From assembly GCA_040954595.2 (NCBI GenBank), contig CM082587.2:1452900-1516899 (forward strand): a stretch of 64,000 nucleotides of DNA, given 5' to 3'. This DNA comes from Balanoglossus misakiensis (taxonomy: Eukaryota > Animalia > Hemichordata). Below the pieces are notes generated by a model that worked only from the letters and a program-made list of their open reading frames with translations, searched no databases and had not been told where the DNA came from. Shown here piece after piece: positions 11,827-24,546 of the stretch. Positions within the stretch are counted from its first letter, which is position 1; the number at the start of each line of letters is the position of its first letter. Both the position numbers and the translations under genes were made by a program.

Positions 11827-13116
11827 AAACCACATGGAAACTGAGAACAGAATGAATATAGATTGCTTTGTACATTCATGTATTCCTGTACTGCACGGTC
11901 CATCATACAAGATTGCCTCCCGGGTTAAAATGGCAGGTGTCAATGGGAAAGCTTTGTGTGTATCCGGATGTATCCCAGAAGAGGAGTCCAAATGTTTGTG
12001 TTAGATGATCCGTTGGACTGATCAGATTGCGGGTGGATCAGCCAACAATTCCTACACTGTACATGTACACACATTTTTTGAATGAATGCAGGAACCATCT
12101 GAAGTGGCAATCACAAAGTTGACCCACTGTGTACAGTCTCATCAACTTTTCCTGCCCAGGAATTTGAGTGGTACACTGCTAGCTGATGGTATGCAAGATC
12201 TGCTGTGGGGTCCCATGACATTCTGCTGTTTTCGCATACAGTTCCCATCATGATTTAGTAAAATGCCAATCATAATTTATTGCTAGTGGTAATCAAATAA
12301 TTTCTGTATCAATAAAGGTGTGCATGTCATATGATAAAATTTTATTACAAGTTACGTGCATGTGATATATGTTTTCTGTCTCTGACAGGAATAGTTCTCT
12401 GTTTTTTGTTTTAACAGGGGAAAAATAATTTTAGGGGTAGAAGGTAGTTTTTGCAATCCTCGGAGACAGCTGATTCCTTTCCCTCATGTTTTTATTATTA
12501 CCTGTATAGTGGTCGAGATTCCATGGAAAACAATGGAATTAGACCAAACTACTGTTGTGAAAGGGTAGAACCAGTTACTGACTATGAGTGATAACAGTGT
12601 AATTTCTAAAATAGCGTGAATATTTCGGTCAAAAGGGTAATGCAAATAAAATCAATTTTAAGAGAAAAATGAGTATGTTCTTGTGCATTTTTATTGTTTA
12701 AAAAGTAATGTTTTGTTGCAGCAAATCCATGGTGGAATTTTACCTCTTTCCAATGAAATAGACACGACTGTTAATTAATGTTATATCTTAATTTAAAATG
12801 TGTTCTTTGCACTTTGTATCGATGACCCGGTCCATTAATATAAGTGGTCCATGTTTTTCAAATTTTGAATTCATTTTGATTTTCAATTCATGGCTGGTGT
12901 AGTGGACTAATGATATGGAATTTGTACTCCCGATCAAACAAGCACTGACCCACTGACATGAATTGGTTGTGACCTTAGATACCCAAAGTACGTGACACAG
13001 ACAGGTTAAGGGTTTAACACGTGACAATTAAATCATACAGTACATGGACCGCATAACCCAGGGTTACATTTTAGGGATCAGGCCAAAGTGTATGTACATG
13101 CAGAAGAAGCAACATC

Positions 13117-14892
13117 ATGTATTCTTCAACAACCATCAACCCGGCCGAATTCAAAAGTATCCAATACACAACCAAAGATAAAGTAGCATATATTACCTTG
13201 AACAGACCACACGTTCTCAATGGTGAGTAACTTATGAGGTTAGTCATGATCCACTGATGCATTTTTGACTTTTAAGTTGAGGAAACCAATATGACGGCAT
13301 ATTTTTTCTTAATCCATAGCTATTGATGCACACGTGCCTATTGAGCTATACCAATCTGTGCTGTTGGCTAACAATGATAATGATGTGAAAGTGATCGTGT
13401 TGGCTGGGAATGGGAAAGCTTTTTCGTCGGGATATGATTTGAAACAATATGCTGAAGGAGCAACAGCAGAGGGGGGTTCAAAAGGTGAGTTGGACTAATG
13501 CGTTTTTTTTAAAACTATGTTCTGCATCTCACATTTCTTGACAGTTTCTTATGGTGAGTAATGATGAATTTCACCCTGATGCGTCGCTAACATATATAGA
13601 TATTTTGAGTGGTGAATCTTTGAACGTATATGACTTCTATTCTATCAACCAATAGGCAGTGATGGAATGCCGTGGGATCCGTACATCGATTACAAGTCTG
13701 TGGGTGCACACTACACAGACGCATTCATGTCTTTATGGAAGAGTTATAAACCAACAATCTGTAAAATACATGGCTATGCTGTAGCTGGTGGAATTGAGAT
13801 AGCACTGTGTTGCGATATTATTATTGTGGGTGAAAATGCAAAGATTGGGTGTCCACCTGCAAGGTAAGTGTGGTCATAATCAGCGTGTGGTAGATTTTCA
13901 CCAAAGTTTTCTTGGGATGACAAACAGGGACTTGACTATATACGAATGATTGAGTAAAGAAGTTTCATCAATAAAGATGTGCCAAACATAATTTTTGTAT
14001 TGGATACAGGGTGTGGGGTTGTTCAACCACAGCCATGTGGGTCTACAAACTTGGAGCGGAGAAAGCAAAGAGAATGTTATTTACTGGTGATCTGATAGAT
14101 GGCAAAGAAGCTGCCAGACTTGGACTTGTACTAAAGGTACATGTATGCTTTGTTGATGCTTGATTCTCGTGATCTCCGTTAACGGAAGAGGTGTAGAAAA
14201 GGCTTCATATATTTGGTGTTGTAAAATGTTTAAAATTAGATCATGTTATATTTGACTGTTGCAGGCAGTTCCAGAGTCGCAATTGGATGATGAGGTCAAC
14301 AAACTGGCAAAGAGAATGGTGAATGTTCCTTCCAATCAACTCTTCTTTCAAAAACAAGTCATCAATCAGGTAGGATTAATCAGTTATTGGGAAGTAATTC
14401 ATTTTTCTCAGTTTAGCAGTTTTCGATGCGACAGGCTGTGGATAGTCTTCACAAAAGTTAATTACATGATGTAATAAACTGTTTAGTATAATCCTGTTGA
14501 ACCTTTAATTTTCTTTCTGAAGGCCATAGAACACATGGGATTGGCATCAACCCAGAGACTTGCAACATTTTTTGACGGCATGGCAAGACACAGTCCAGAA
14601 GGAATATTATTCCAGCAAAGAGCTGCTGAAGTGGGCTTCAAAAAAGCTGTTTTAGAGAGAGATTCTGGAGTATGTAGACATCCGACGATTGTGGTATAGT
14701 TTGCTGCTTCAGGGTTTAAATGTCCTATGGCTTCTACCCGTAACATGAAGGGGTTTTGAATTGACTTGTGGTTGTTTGAGCACAGTGTTAATAGCAGGAT
14801 GATTTTTGCATGTGCACTAGAGGTTTTAATCCATGTTTCATTCTCAATTTCAGGATGAAGCTCCATGGTCAAATCTGAATTCCAAACTGTGA
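13117..14892 (+). CDS. Enoyl-CoA hydratase/crotonase-family protein, 7 coding exons, C-terminal SKL (PTS1)
   Basis: Exons at about 13117-13222, 13320-13484, 13655-13863, 14010-14136, 14265-14369, 14523-14669 and 14854-14892. Motifs VAYITLNRPHVLNA, GKAFSSGYDL, KPTICKIHGYAVAGG, AKIGCPPARVWG, AKRMLFTGDLIDGKEAARLGLV. Last exon DEAPWSNLNSKL*. Confidence 0.9.
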
Positions 14893-15445
14893 TAAGGGGT
14901 CATAGATTGTCACTCACAGTCCCTCTATTACACTTTTGCCTACAAAGGAAAATAAAATTCAAATACCATGTAAATACGTATGTGTGTACGTATTGAGTTT
15001 GTTTTTACAGATTTGAGACCAAGACCGGGTAATAAGGACAACTTCCATTCAAAGCATCATGCAATGTTTTGATAGATAGTACATTTAGAAGAAAAATACA
15101 ACTGGCACGGTAACGGTGTTAAACTTGGTCCAAGGTTAGCAAACCACTTTAATTCTCTGCTTCATACTCATTGATCTGTTACAATGAAGAAGTTCACAGT
15201 GGCAGTTTGATATAGAATTGACAAACAAAATATACATTGACTCTGGGTAGCATATCAGAATTTTTCTCAGAATAATTATTTATAACTTAGTTTGCTTTTG
15301 ATCAGACATAACTTTAGCAAGAGAATGTTTGTGACCATGTGAAAACGAAACAACTTATCGGTAGTGTCATTTGCTGTATACTTTTTTCAAGGGTATTTTG
15401 TATAATTGCTAGTTTTTGTGCGACGTGCTCCAGTTTACTGATGTA

Positions 15446-17011
15446 TCACACAATATTGGAGGCATCAGTTCTTCGACTGTACAGTAACTCCCATCTCCTG
15501 ATTGTGCAGTAACACAAAAACTTCAGGAAATTTTTCACAACTCCCTCATTGAAAGGGTTATCCTCCGTGTCAAGATCTTTCAGATAGTGGATCCTCTGCC
15601 GAGACATAAATTCCCAAGTTGTGGTGTTCGTGGCAATCAGGAAACTATGGCAACCCAGCAAAAGTCCAGTGACCAGTAGCCCGAACAGCAAAATGCAAAA
15701 TATTATAATTAACGGGATATTGTAGCCAAACCAATCACTCCAGTGTTGCTGGTATCGAAATGCCCTCCTGCAAGATAAAAAAAGAGAGAATATTTTGTTA
15801 ATATTTAAGAATATGCCACCTGGACAAAGAAACGTGTCCAGAATTTGAATTGAAAGAATTCTGTGATTAAAAAACATAATAGAGGCATACCATGTTATTG
15901 CTGTAGACCAAACGACAACTGCACACTCCGTTAGAAGAAACAGCCAGAAATATCGATGGTTACGCTCTCCAACACAATTGTCAAGCCATGGACAGTGATG
16001 GTCAAAGCGACGAACACATTTGCCACAATCTCGACAGTGTCTCACACGCATGGGTTGCTGCAAATCAAGCATTACCAAGAAATTAGACGCTAGAAGTTGA
16101 CTTTCAAATCTCAGCCTCTCAAGATAAATTACATATAGAATGGGTACAACTCTTGCTAGATTTGGTGAAAATACACAAATGAAATTTTGCGTCTGTGAAT
16201 AGGTAAATTGTTATTAAGCACAATAATCTTCAAGGAAACTGGTTGACACTCACAAAAATTTTACAGTAGGAACATCTTTTTGGTGGGACCTTGGTTGGTG
16301 AATCCAACATTTTGCACACTTCAGAAGTATTGGTGACGTCTTCGGCATCTGAGCTGTCCGTGTCGTGATGTTCAACATCACGAGGCTTGGAGTTTTTGGA
16401 TGTCTGATAATGCAAGGAGAAATTATGTGACAAGTAAAGTATGTGATCACTCAATATCTTGCAGTTCAATCTTCAATCAGTAAAATGGCTTATAACAACC
16501 CGGACTTATATATCATGGTTCAAATTTCATTTTCGTGAAGATCACATAGTCATAGATTGATGCCACACTCTTTAATACATGAAGAGGCACAAAACAGTTA
16601 CTAGGGGTCAATTGTTTGCACCTATAGAAATACCCTGGGCAAAGTACTTGCCCCTTTAAATTACCTGAACATCATCCTTGTAGACATATCCTGGATTAAT
16701 GAGACTGGCAATGAAGTACAGAATGACAGGAACTGCAATGCACGCAAGGTACAATACAGGGATGAAGTAGTCCCCTGTCTTCACAGCTTGGCTTATGTCT
16801 GTTGGAGAAAAAATAAAACAATACTTGATGTGTGAACTCAATGTGATGAAATGACATCTTCCATTGACTGCCTATGCAAGTACATGTACTTACCACTCTC
16901 TTTCAAGAATAACACAATAACCACGGCCAGAGTGAGACCAGTGTGTATCGACCTGATGAATATACCCGTGGCTATATCCCACAACAATTTTCCTTTCGTC
17001 CCCGTCTGCAT
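15446..17011 (-). CDS. ZDHHC12: DHHC palmitoyltransferase, ZDHHC12-like, 5 exons
   Basis: Starts [26 protein letters not shown], then [54 protein letters not shown] and [22 protein letters not shown]. Canonical splice sites. Confidence 0.9.
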
Positions 17012-17606
17012 TCTTGAGTGAAATCAGTCAGTGAAATATTCCCGGAAGTAGTTGTGTTCAGTGGTTGTTATTGTTATGATGCGCATCGATCGCACTTGCA
17101 TACTCATCATGTGTGCGGCGACTTCATCTCGAAAAAATATGGATCGTTGACAGTTACTGCTCTTGGCCAAAGAATTTAACAATTTATAGTTATGGCTAGT
17201 CCCAATCAAACACACCACGAATGGTAAAATGAACAGAAAGAGATCCAGATCGCCTTCTAGATACAGTTCTCTGCGCGCTGTGCTACACGTAAGAAAAATC
17301 TCGACAAATCTCGTTGCGGTCTTGTATCATGCGGGATTTGATATTTCATAGAACAAAGTATTACTATCATATATCTTAATTATTAACAACTTTGACCAAA
17401 ATTTCGAGTATCTTGTGTGTCTTAAATTTAATTATAACATTATTGTATATATTTATCTTATATTTCTTCTCAGTTATTACACGTATACAAAGGGAATCTT
17501 GTACTAAAATTACAAAGCATTTTAATAACAGCTGTTTCCTGTTTCACAACTTCCTATCCGGTACCCATGTGTACGTGTGTTGGCCAGAATACAGCTGTAA
17601 AGAAAA

Positions 17607-20600
17607 ATGGGACGGTCTGTAGTCGCGGAAGAAAATATACAGTCGTATATTGAGAGCTTGTTTGGTAGTCCCCGATGGCTTGTCGGACTGATAATCGGTC
17701 AGGTAAGCATCTGTATTTTCCCCAGTGATGGAAGACCGTGCGTTTGTAGCTACATCATGTACATTTCATATGAACCAGGACGAATAAATCGTGAGATCTA
17801 TCGATCCTTACTGCAGGTCTACCACTCGCTTGGTCGTTTGTTATTTGTGCCCCGACGCAAACAGCCAAGGTAGTGGTAGAACCACGGAAATTGTACATTA
17901 AAATCTTATTATTTATGTATATTGCTAGGCAACCAGGTATCAGTTTATTGGGGGGGGGGGGGTGATTATTACACGTGTGTATCACTGTATTGCTGATACA
18001 TTGTAACCATATGGGAAAATGATCAGCTATCATGTCAATCTCTCAGTCATTTACATGTAGTGTAAGATCAAACGTATTACTGTTTAATTTATATGAAGCT
18101 CCCACATCAGAGCAAATGACTATAATATTTAAAATTTAGTTTGTTTTTATAATTTTGTAGAACAGTTTACAGAAAGACTTTGCTGTCCAGTTTATAAGAA
18201 CACCACTGTTAGATGAAGATGCCACTGAAGAAGATAACAAATCAAAGAAGGCAAAAAGCAAACCGACACTTGACACTGTGGATGAACAGTGGGTAGCAGA
18301 ACATGCTAGACAGGTAAAGTGAGCCAAGTTGCCTATGGCAACAGAGATTCAGGCACATTCCATATACTGTCCAAAACTCAAGAAGGGCGCCACTTTATAC
18401 ATCAGTTCCACTGCTTGAAGACTTTGCCTGGTATTGTGCAGAGGTAAGCTTTTAGTTGTATTAAAGTTGTGGTAAATTATTATTTTCCAGGTTTGCAGAA
18501 TGTTGCCAGGCGCTATTTCAGTTATTGGTGTATTTGCTCTTGCACATCCTGATATGATGAACAAATCTCAAGCCAAGCTGAGGCAAATAATGTTTGAAGT
18601 GAGGAAAACTATGAAGAAGACAGAAATTCTTCAGAAAGAGGACCAGGCGACTGAGAGAATACTGCTTCAGATTTGTGCAGTGACGAGGAAGTATCCTTCA
18701 TTAATTTCTTGTATTCTTATGCATTTTGAGCAATCACAGTAAACATATTGTTTGTGAGGGTAATCTTGTTAAAGCTTAAAGTAAGCAGAGTAAATAAATG
18801 GGTTTTTGTTTCAAGAAGTTACCAAGGTACATCATGATGAAACTAACTACATGTATTTTCCTAAGTGGTATTTGTCACAGAACTGTTTGCAGAAGTATTG
18901 ATGTGTCAGACCCAAAGGTGAGTAATCAGAATTTAAAGTAAACACAATTTCTTTTGATAATCAATTAATTTATGCATTGAATCAGTCATGGGGAGGGGGA
19001 AGAATATCACAAAAATGTAAAGATGAAAACATACCAATAATTGTATACAAATCACCATTTATTCCAGAGTTCTTTTAGACCAGCAGATTGGAAATATCAG
19101 TCCTTTGTAAATAGATGGGCTTCACTCCAATGCAGACTGTCAGTGAATCTCAGGATACCGGTAACAAAGTCGGTGTCAAGCAAAAGTAGTTTTCAGAAAC
19201 AAATCCTGGTAAGTCAGTTCTTGAAAAATATTTAGAAATATTCCAGTTCATGTATGGCGTCTACTTCATTATCTCTCTGTTAAGGGTGTGACATATATTA
19301 TAAACCTATACTTCAAAACCTATTATATTTTTCAATTCTTGTTTCAGAACGGTTTACAGCCTTGGTGTAGAAAAGTGTCTGATTCGCTGACAACTGTGGG
19401 TGGTAAACTTCGAAAGCCAAATGAGCAGCTAGACACCACACAGACTCATAAGGTAAAAGTTCACAAAACTTTTCTAAAGTTCAGGAGATTTGCATGTCAT
19501 TCGATGTTACAAAATTGTCATGTATAGATAATGCAAACTTAAACAGTACACCCAGTGAACTTATTGGAAAGTTCTATTTTTCAGTCTGTACATATTCTCC
19601 CTCGATTTAAAAATTGGAGGGAATATTCGAGTGGGCACTAAATTTTTGTCTTACTTTCATATTTTTGTCTACAGAAAAAGGGTGGTTCCAGCAGTTCAGC
19701 AGCATCACAGACTTTTGGCGTTCAACTTTTATCACAGTTTGTAAGTAACATTGATGTGTTCAAAGTGATTTCACTCAGAAGTGTGTAAAAGCAAATGGCT
19801 ACTTCCCTTTTAAGGATTTACAGCGATTTAAATGTTATTGTCCTTTATTGCAGGATTCTCATAGTAATGGTGTTGTTAGGAAAGAGTGCACATCACAGAT
19901 TATATTAAGAGGAACCATTCATGGCATGGCATTCGTCAACAACAAAGCTACTGTTGGAGAAGCAACTCAGGTAATGAACAATTCAAAACTGGCTTCAGAA
20001 GACTATCATGAATAGCATATGTGTTTAAATATTAATGAATGAAATCTGACAAAATGTAGCAAGGAAAATTGAAAATAAGATGTTTTGTATACCATCATGG
20101 ATATTTTGAAACATTCTAAGACATGACTTCATTTACTATTCCAGTTTATAAAAGAAGATCTCATCAACAGTCTTCAGTCAAGGTGTGAGTTGCTTTGTGA
20201 AGATTTACAACAGTGTGAAGAAGGTTAGTATCTGCAAGTTATTTCTTACAAGTTTCTAAGAAACTTGCCAGAAACGTGTCAAAAACAGTAACTGCCATAT
20301 ATTGTTGTCTTCTTCAGATATTCCAGAGGTCAGCATATTGCCGCGGAGGGTTTGCATGGCATTACCAGACATTCCAATCAACATCAGTGATTACATGTTT
20401 CAGGACGAGGCAGTACAGGACTCACTGGATAGATTTTCTGAATTGATGGGTCTACAACTCACAGAGGATCAAATACAAACTGATCTAGAAACTCTGCCTG
20501 GTTAGTATAATGAAAATGCATTACGTTATGAAGTTGGATTCTTAGTAGAATATTAACCTACTTTCATATGATATGGTTATAAATATGAATATTCTATGTG

Positions 20601-20962
20601 TAATTGACATATGACAATATTTGTTCTTTTCAGAACAAACAGATTTAGATACACCTCGAGAGACATATTCATTAAAAGCAGAAGGGATTAACGGACAAGA
20701 GGAAGAGACAGAGAAGGGGAAAAGCAAATCCCAGTACCTGAGTGAGTATTGTGTCACAACTTGTACCAGGTTAATCTTTGCAAGTTCACAAGAGTCACTA
20801 AGCAATTCTTTGCTGACAGCAAACAGTGTCAGTATCACTATAGTGGAACACTTTACACTAAGCATTATACATATATTCTCATTTTCAGATATTGCTGTTA
20901 GTGCAGCTGGGGCTGTGTTGGCAGCAGTCTTATCATACTTACTTCTCGGACAGGAGAGCTAG
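17607..20962 (+). CDS. ODR4: Protein odr-4 homolog (GPCR maturation factor), about 13 coding exons, C-terminal TM anchor
   Basis: MGRSVVAEE..WLVGLIIGQ; DEQWVAEHARQVCRMLPGAISVIGVF; DPKSSFRPADWKYQ; IKEDLINSLQSRCELLCEDL; ILPRRV..ISDYMFQDE; hydrophobic tail AVSAAGAVLAAVLSYLLLGQES*. Confidence 0.92.
18691..18880 (+). other. U12-type (minor spliceosome) GT-AG intron in ODR4
   Basis: Donor GTATCCTTC matches the RTATCCTT consensus. A branch-like TTTTCCTAAG lies about 16-25 nt upstream of CAG, with no strong pyrimidine tract after it. The phase-2 join gives TRK-TVCRSIDVSDPK. Confidence 0.75.
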
Positions 20963-21560
20963 CTGCTGGTGTTGATTGGATGATATACAGCGACTGTGGA
21001 TCTGGCGTAGAGGGCAGTCTAATCTACTGAGACTACTTCACATCAGCAAGTCCATCTTCCCTTGCCGGATTGATAATGCTTGTGGCGGACATCATGACAT
21101 GTGCAATCAACATTTAAGCCTTTGTACCTGATGGTGAACTATGACCTCATCCACTTTTTGGGGTCAATATGTAAGATGTTAACATGAGGGCATAATAATT
21201 CTATGTCATACTGTGTGGATATAAACCTCCGAGATATGAAACATTCAAATAATATTCTCTAATTGTATTTATTTATTTCTTCATCATCATACTGACAAAC
21301 ACTAATTCAAGCAACCACTCTATGAATTTCAATGGAAACTACTTTATAATAGAATAAAGGCAAATGTGATCAACAACTACTTGTTTTTACCAGTCTGTCA
21401 GTATACACTTCACAAAATCACAAGAAGTATCATCATAAAATACAATTATTTTCTTATAAAAAGGGTGTCCAGCACCTTGATGTCTCTCAGAACATTTGGT
21501 TGGGTTTAGATAAGTTTCACTGTATTGCACTCAGTGTTTTAAGTAAAAATATGAGAGAAC

Positions 21561-22410
21561 TCATTTTCCTGAACATTCCTTTTCAATGACACCAACAGCA
21601 ACTTTAATTCTCCTCTGCAGTAAATCGCTATTGCTTAGTAATTCCACTAAATCTTTATCGCTCAGCTCCAGTAACATTCCTGTGATCTTGGCTGCATGTT
21701 CGGGATAATCTTTTTCTATGACCTGGTACAACTGCTCCCCAAGATTTTCTTTGTGAGTCTGTGTGTCACCTCTGTTATCACTGACTTCATCCCTGAAACA
21801 AAGCATCATTGAAATAAGGAATATAAAACATTACTTCCCAATTTGCTTTTTCATGTAGTTTTTAAAATGTGGTTGGATTATTATAACACATCCCACAAAG
21901 TTATTTGTTGCAAATCAACTCACTCACCTGCAATGTTCCAATAGCAGTGCTTCTTTGGCTTTGCTGACTGCATTTTGTAAAGCATCCTGTGATAGCAACA
22001 ATTGGTGAATTGCATAGCTGTCCATCTCCAGAAGCATTCCTGAAATGGGATGAATTAATTATCAACGATTGACCAACTTGGGTTAGCTAAATGGCACAAT
22101 CAACAGCTACAATATGCCATGTCTTACCCGTTATCTTGGCACAAAAGACAGGTTCCACTTCTTCTATTCTTGCAAACAACTTTTCTCCCAGCAAATCCTT
22201 ATTTTTAGCCTCTTCTCGCTGTAGGACTTTCACAGCAACCTGCACCCTCTTCCTCAGTAGATCCTCATACTGAAGCATCTGCAAGACTTCATCATTGCCC
22301 AGATCCAGCAGCATCCCTGTTAGCATATTTGCATACTCTGGTTGTAATGGCTGGATGGCACAGTACAGGTGTTCTCCCAGTACCTCTTCTGTGGTTGGTA
22401 GGTTTGACAT
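21561..22410 (-). CDS. Small protein of three tandem MLLE (PABC) domains with no RRMs, 3 exons
   Basis: Exons at about 22410-22128, 22039-21928 and 21792-21561. Repeats: LGEHLY..ANMLTGMLLDL, LGEKLF..CAKITGMLLEM, LGEQLY..AAKITGMLLEL. An in-frame stop lies upstream of Met 22410 in unspliced sequence. Confidence 0.88.
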
Positions 22411-22993
22411 TTTGTCTGTAATCTGCAGTATGTGCGAGTTCTTCTACCACAGGCACTCCACTGTCTGTGGAGCCGAGTGTATGTTTACCAACAAAGCACA
22501 GATACAAGTCTACACAGTAAGGTCATATGTCAGTTTCATAGAATGTTCATAACATCGCTACTTCCATGTTTCCGGGGGGGGAAACACGTCCGATTTCATA
22601 CATACATGCACCCACTACTCAATAAGAAAGTTAAGTCCACGTTTGCCTTGTCTGCCTTTCAAGATCTATGGACGTTCTGCAAAAACACTGTCTTGTGAAA
22701 TATTACAACTTTGACGACCTCAGCCATGGGGGCGGCCATCTTTGAAATTACCCATAAGCCCTTTAGCTGGCGTTTTACTCCATTTTCTCTAAGCTACATA
22801 ACATTACGCTATCTAAAATAAGCAATGGTACCTCTTATATTTGAGATGAAAACATATTTATCGGTCGTATCTTAAATAAAAAACTTCGAAGCAATTACTT
22901 GTTTATACTTATTTACTGTATCAAGGCGTATTAATAAACATCGGCATGTTTTGCCATGTTGCGGATGAATTCGTAGAAGTAATTCGCCTACGA

Positions 22994-23016
22994 TCTTCCT
23001 CTTTAGCCCGTGAAAG
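22994..23016 (+). promoter_or_regulatory. TCT/5'TOP-type start and non-coding first exon of RPL28, divergent from the MLLE gene
   Basis: CTTCCTCTTT pyrimidine initiator followed by AAG|GTGAGG donor. A YY1-type AAGATGGCCGCC lies on the opposite strand at about 22731-22742. Confidence 0.7.
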
Positions 23017-23575
23017 GTGAGGACGATCAGCATGTTTGAAACTACAATTTTTTTTAGCCGATATTAAAGGTTTTTAGGGGTTTTCGGCACGAAAAGTGTA
23101 TTGTACAGGTTATTTATTGTTCATTCTGTTTAGTAATCTGAATCACGGTGCTCTTAAGTCCGCCAAAGGCTCCAAAAAGGCCTTGTTCTTCGGCAGAGTT
23201 GTTGATGGATTTATGCACATGTGCAATGCAATGGACACGTTTGCCCAATGACTATGTTATCCTGTGTACACACACCATGAGAGGCAATCTTATCTAAACT
23301 TAAAAAATGAAGTAAATGTATCAAATTTACAACTTATTGTTTTATTTTTGTCGAATTTGCTGTAAATTTGACCACGAATGCCCTGGCATGATAATAATCG
23401 ATATCATAGGAGAAACTTACAAATACTATACAATGCAATGAATACATACTTGGAGATACCTATCATGTTCTTCATCATGTATTGATGTGCTTTGCATATT
23501 ATTTTTAATTGTATGAAAGTGAATTTTCAAATCTCCACAATATTACTTTGACCTAGGTAAATAATCAGCGGCAAG

Positions 23576-24546
23576 ATGGTGTCCTGTTCACCCGATATCC
23601 AATGGCTCATCATCCGTAATAATTCCAGCTTCTTGTTGAAGAACAACAATATGGTCTTCACCAGGGTAAGTAATCATTGTTAGCTCTCATTTGGTTGGCA
23701 TGCAGTTACCTTGGTAAATCCTATATATTTGCCCAACTTTCGGTCATTTTAGAAGTGCATATGGAATCATAAAAATATAACTCAGTGTCCTTTCAATTTG
23801 CACAGGAACCCAACAATCTGAAGAATAAGAACTCCTTCAGATACAACGGTCTTATCCATAGAAAGGTAAATATCACTTCCTAACAAAGTCACAATTTTAG
23901 GTAGAAGTGATGCACATCATGACTGTATGGCTAAAAGCCTTTTCATCCACCATAATTTCTAAAACACTTCCCACATTTCATTGTAGACTGTTGGTGTTGA
24001 ACCTGCTGAGGATGGCAAGGGTGTTGTTCTGGTTACAAAGAAGCAAAATGGTGAGTAGTCAGCAGAGCACATCAATACAATTGGGACAATATTACTTTGT
24101 TTCCTACAAAAATTTGCTGATAGAATCTCAGGCTCCATTTCTTTCCATTGATGATTTCTTTTTGTTTTCCTTGACATGTTGTACAGCCAAGAGAAATCCA
24201 GCCAAGTGGGATCGTAAAGTGACACTCAAGCGGGATGCCAGGAGAAACTTGACCGCTGTTAAGAATACGATCGTCAAAGGCAAATACCGCATTGATCTCA
24301 GGAAGGTCAGTTGGTAGTTGTGCATATTGTACAAGTGGCGTTTGTACAGAATTGTTCCATGGTATGAAGAAGCAAAGATCTTTGATCATGTTATAAAGTC
24401 AGTGTCTCCTTATCCACAGCTAAGAATTTATTCAATCTTTCATTTCATTTATTTTACAGGCTGCCTTGAAACGTGTCAGTGCCATCCTGAGAAGTCAGAA
24501 ACCAGTGACAGCCGTCAAGAAGAGGTCACGTACCAAGCGCGAATAA
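23576..24546 (+). CDS. RPL28: 60S ribosomal protein L28 (eL28), 5 coding exons
   Basis: Exons 23576-23664, 23806-23865, 23987-24050, 24187-24305 and 24460-24546 give [74 protein letters not shown]. Confidence 0.97.

Noticed and set aside
12640-13080. Operon or SL trans-splicing between GOLGA1 and the crotonase gene
   Set aside because: A plausible cis donor (CAG|GTTAAG near 13005) precedes the acceptor near 13074, so an ordinary non-coding first exon explains it.
22659-22661. In-frame TGA as selenocysteine or readthrough in the MLLE gene
   Set aside because: The frame stops again shortly afterwards and does not reach the MLLE ORF. No SECIS was recognised.
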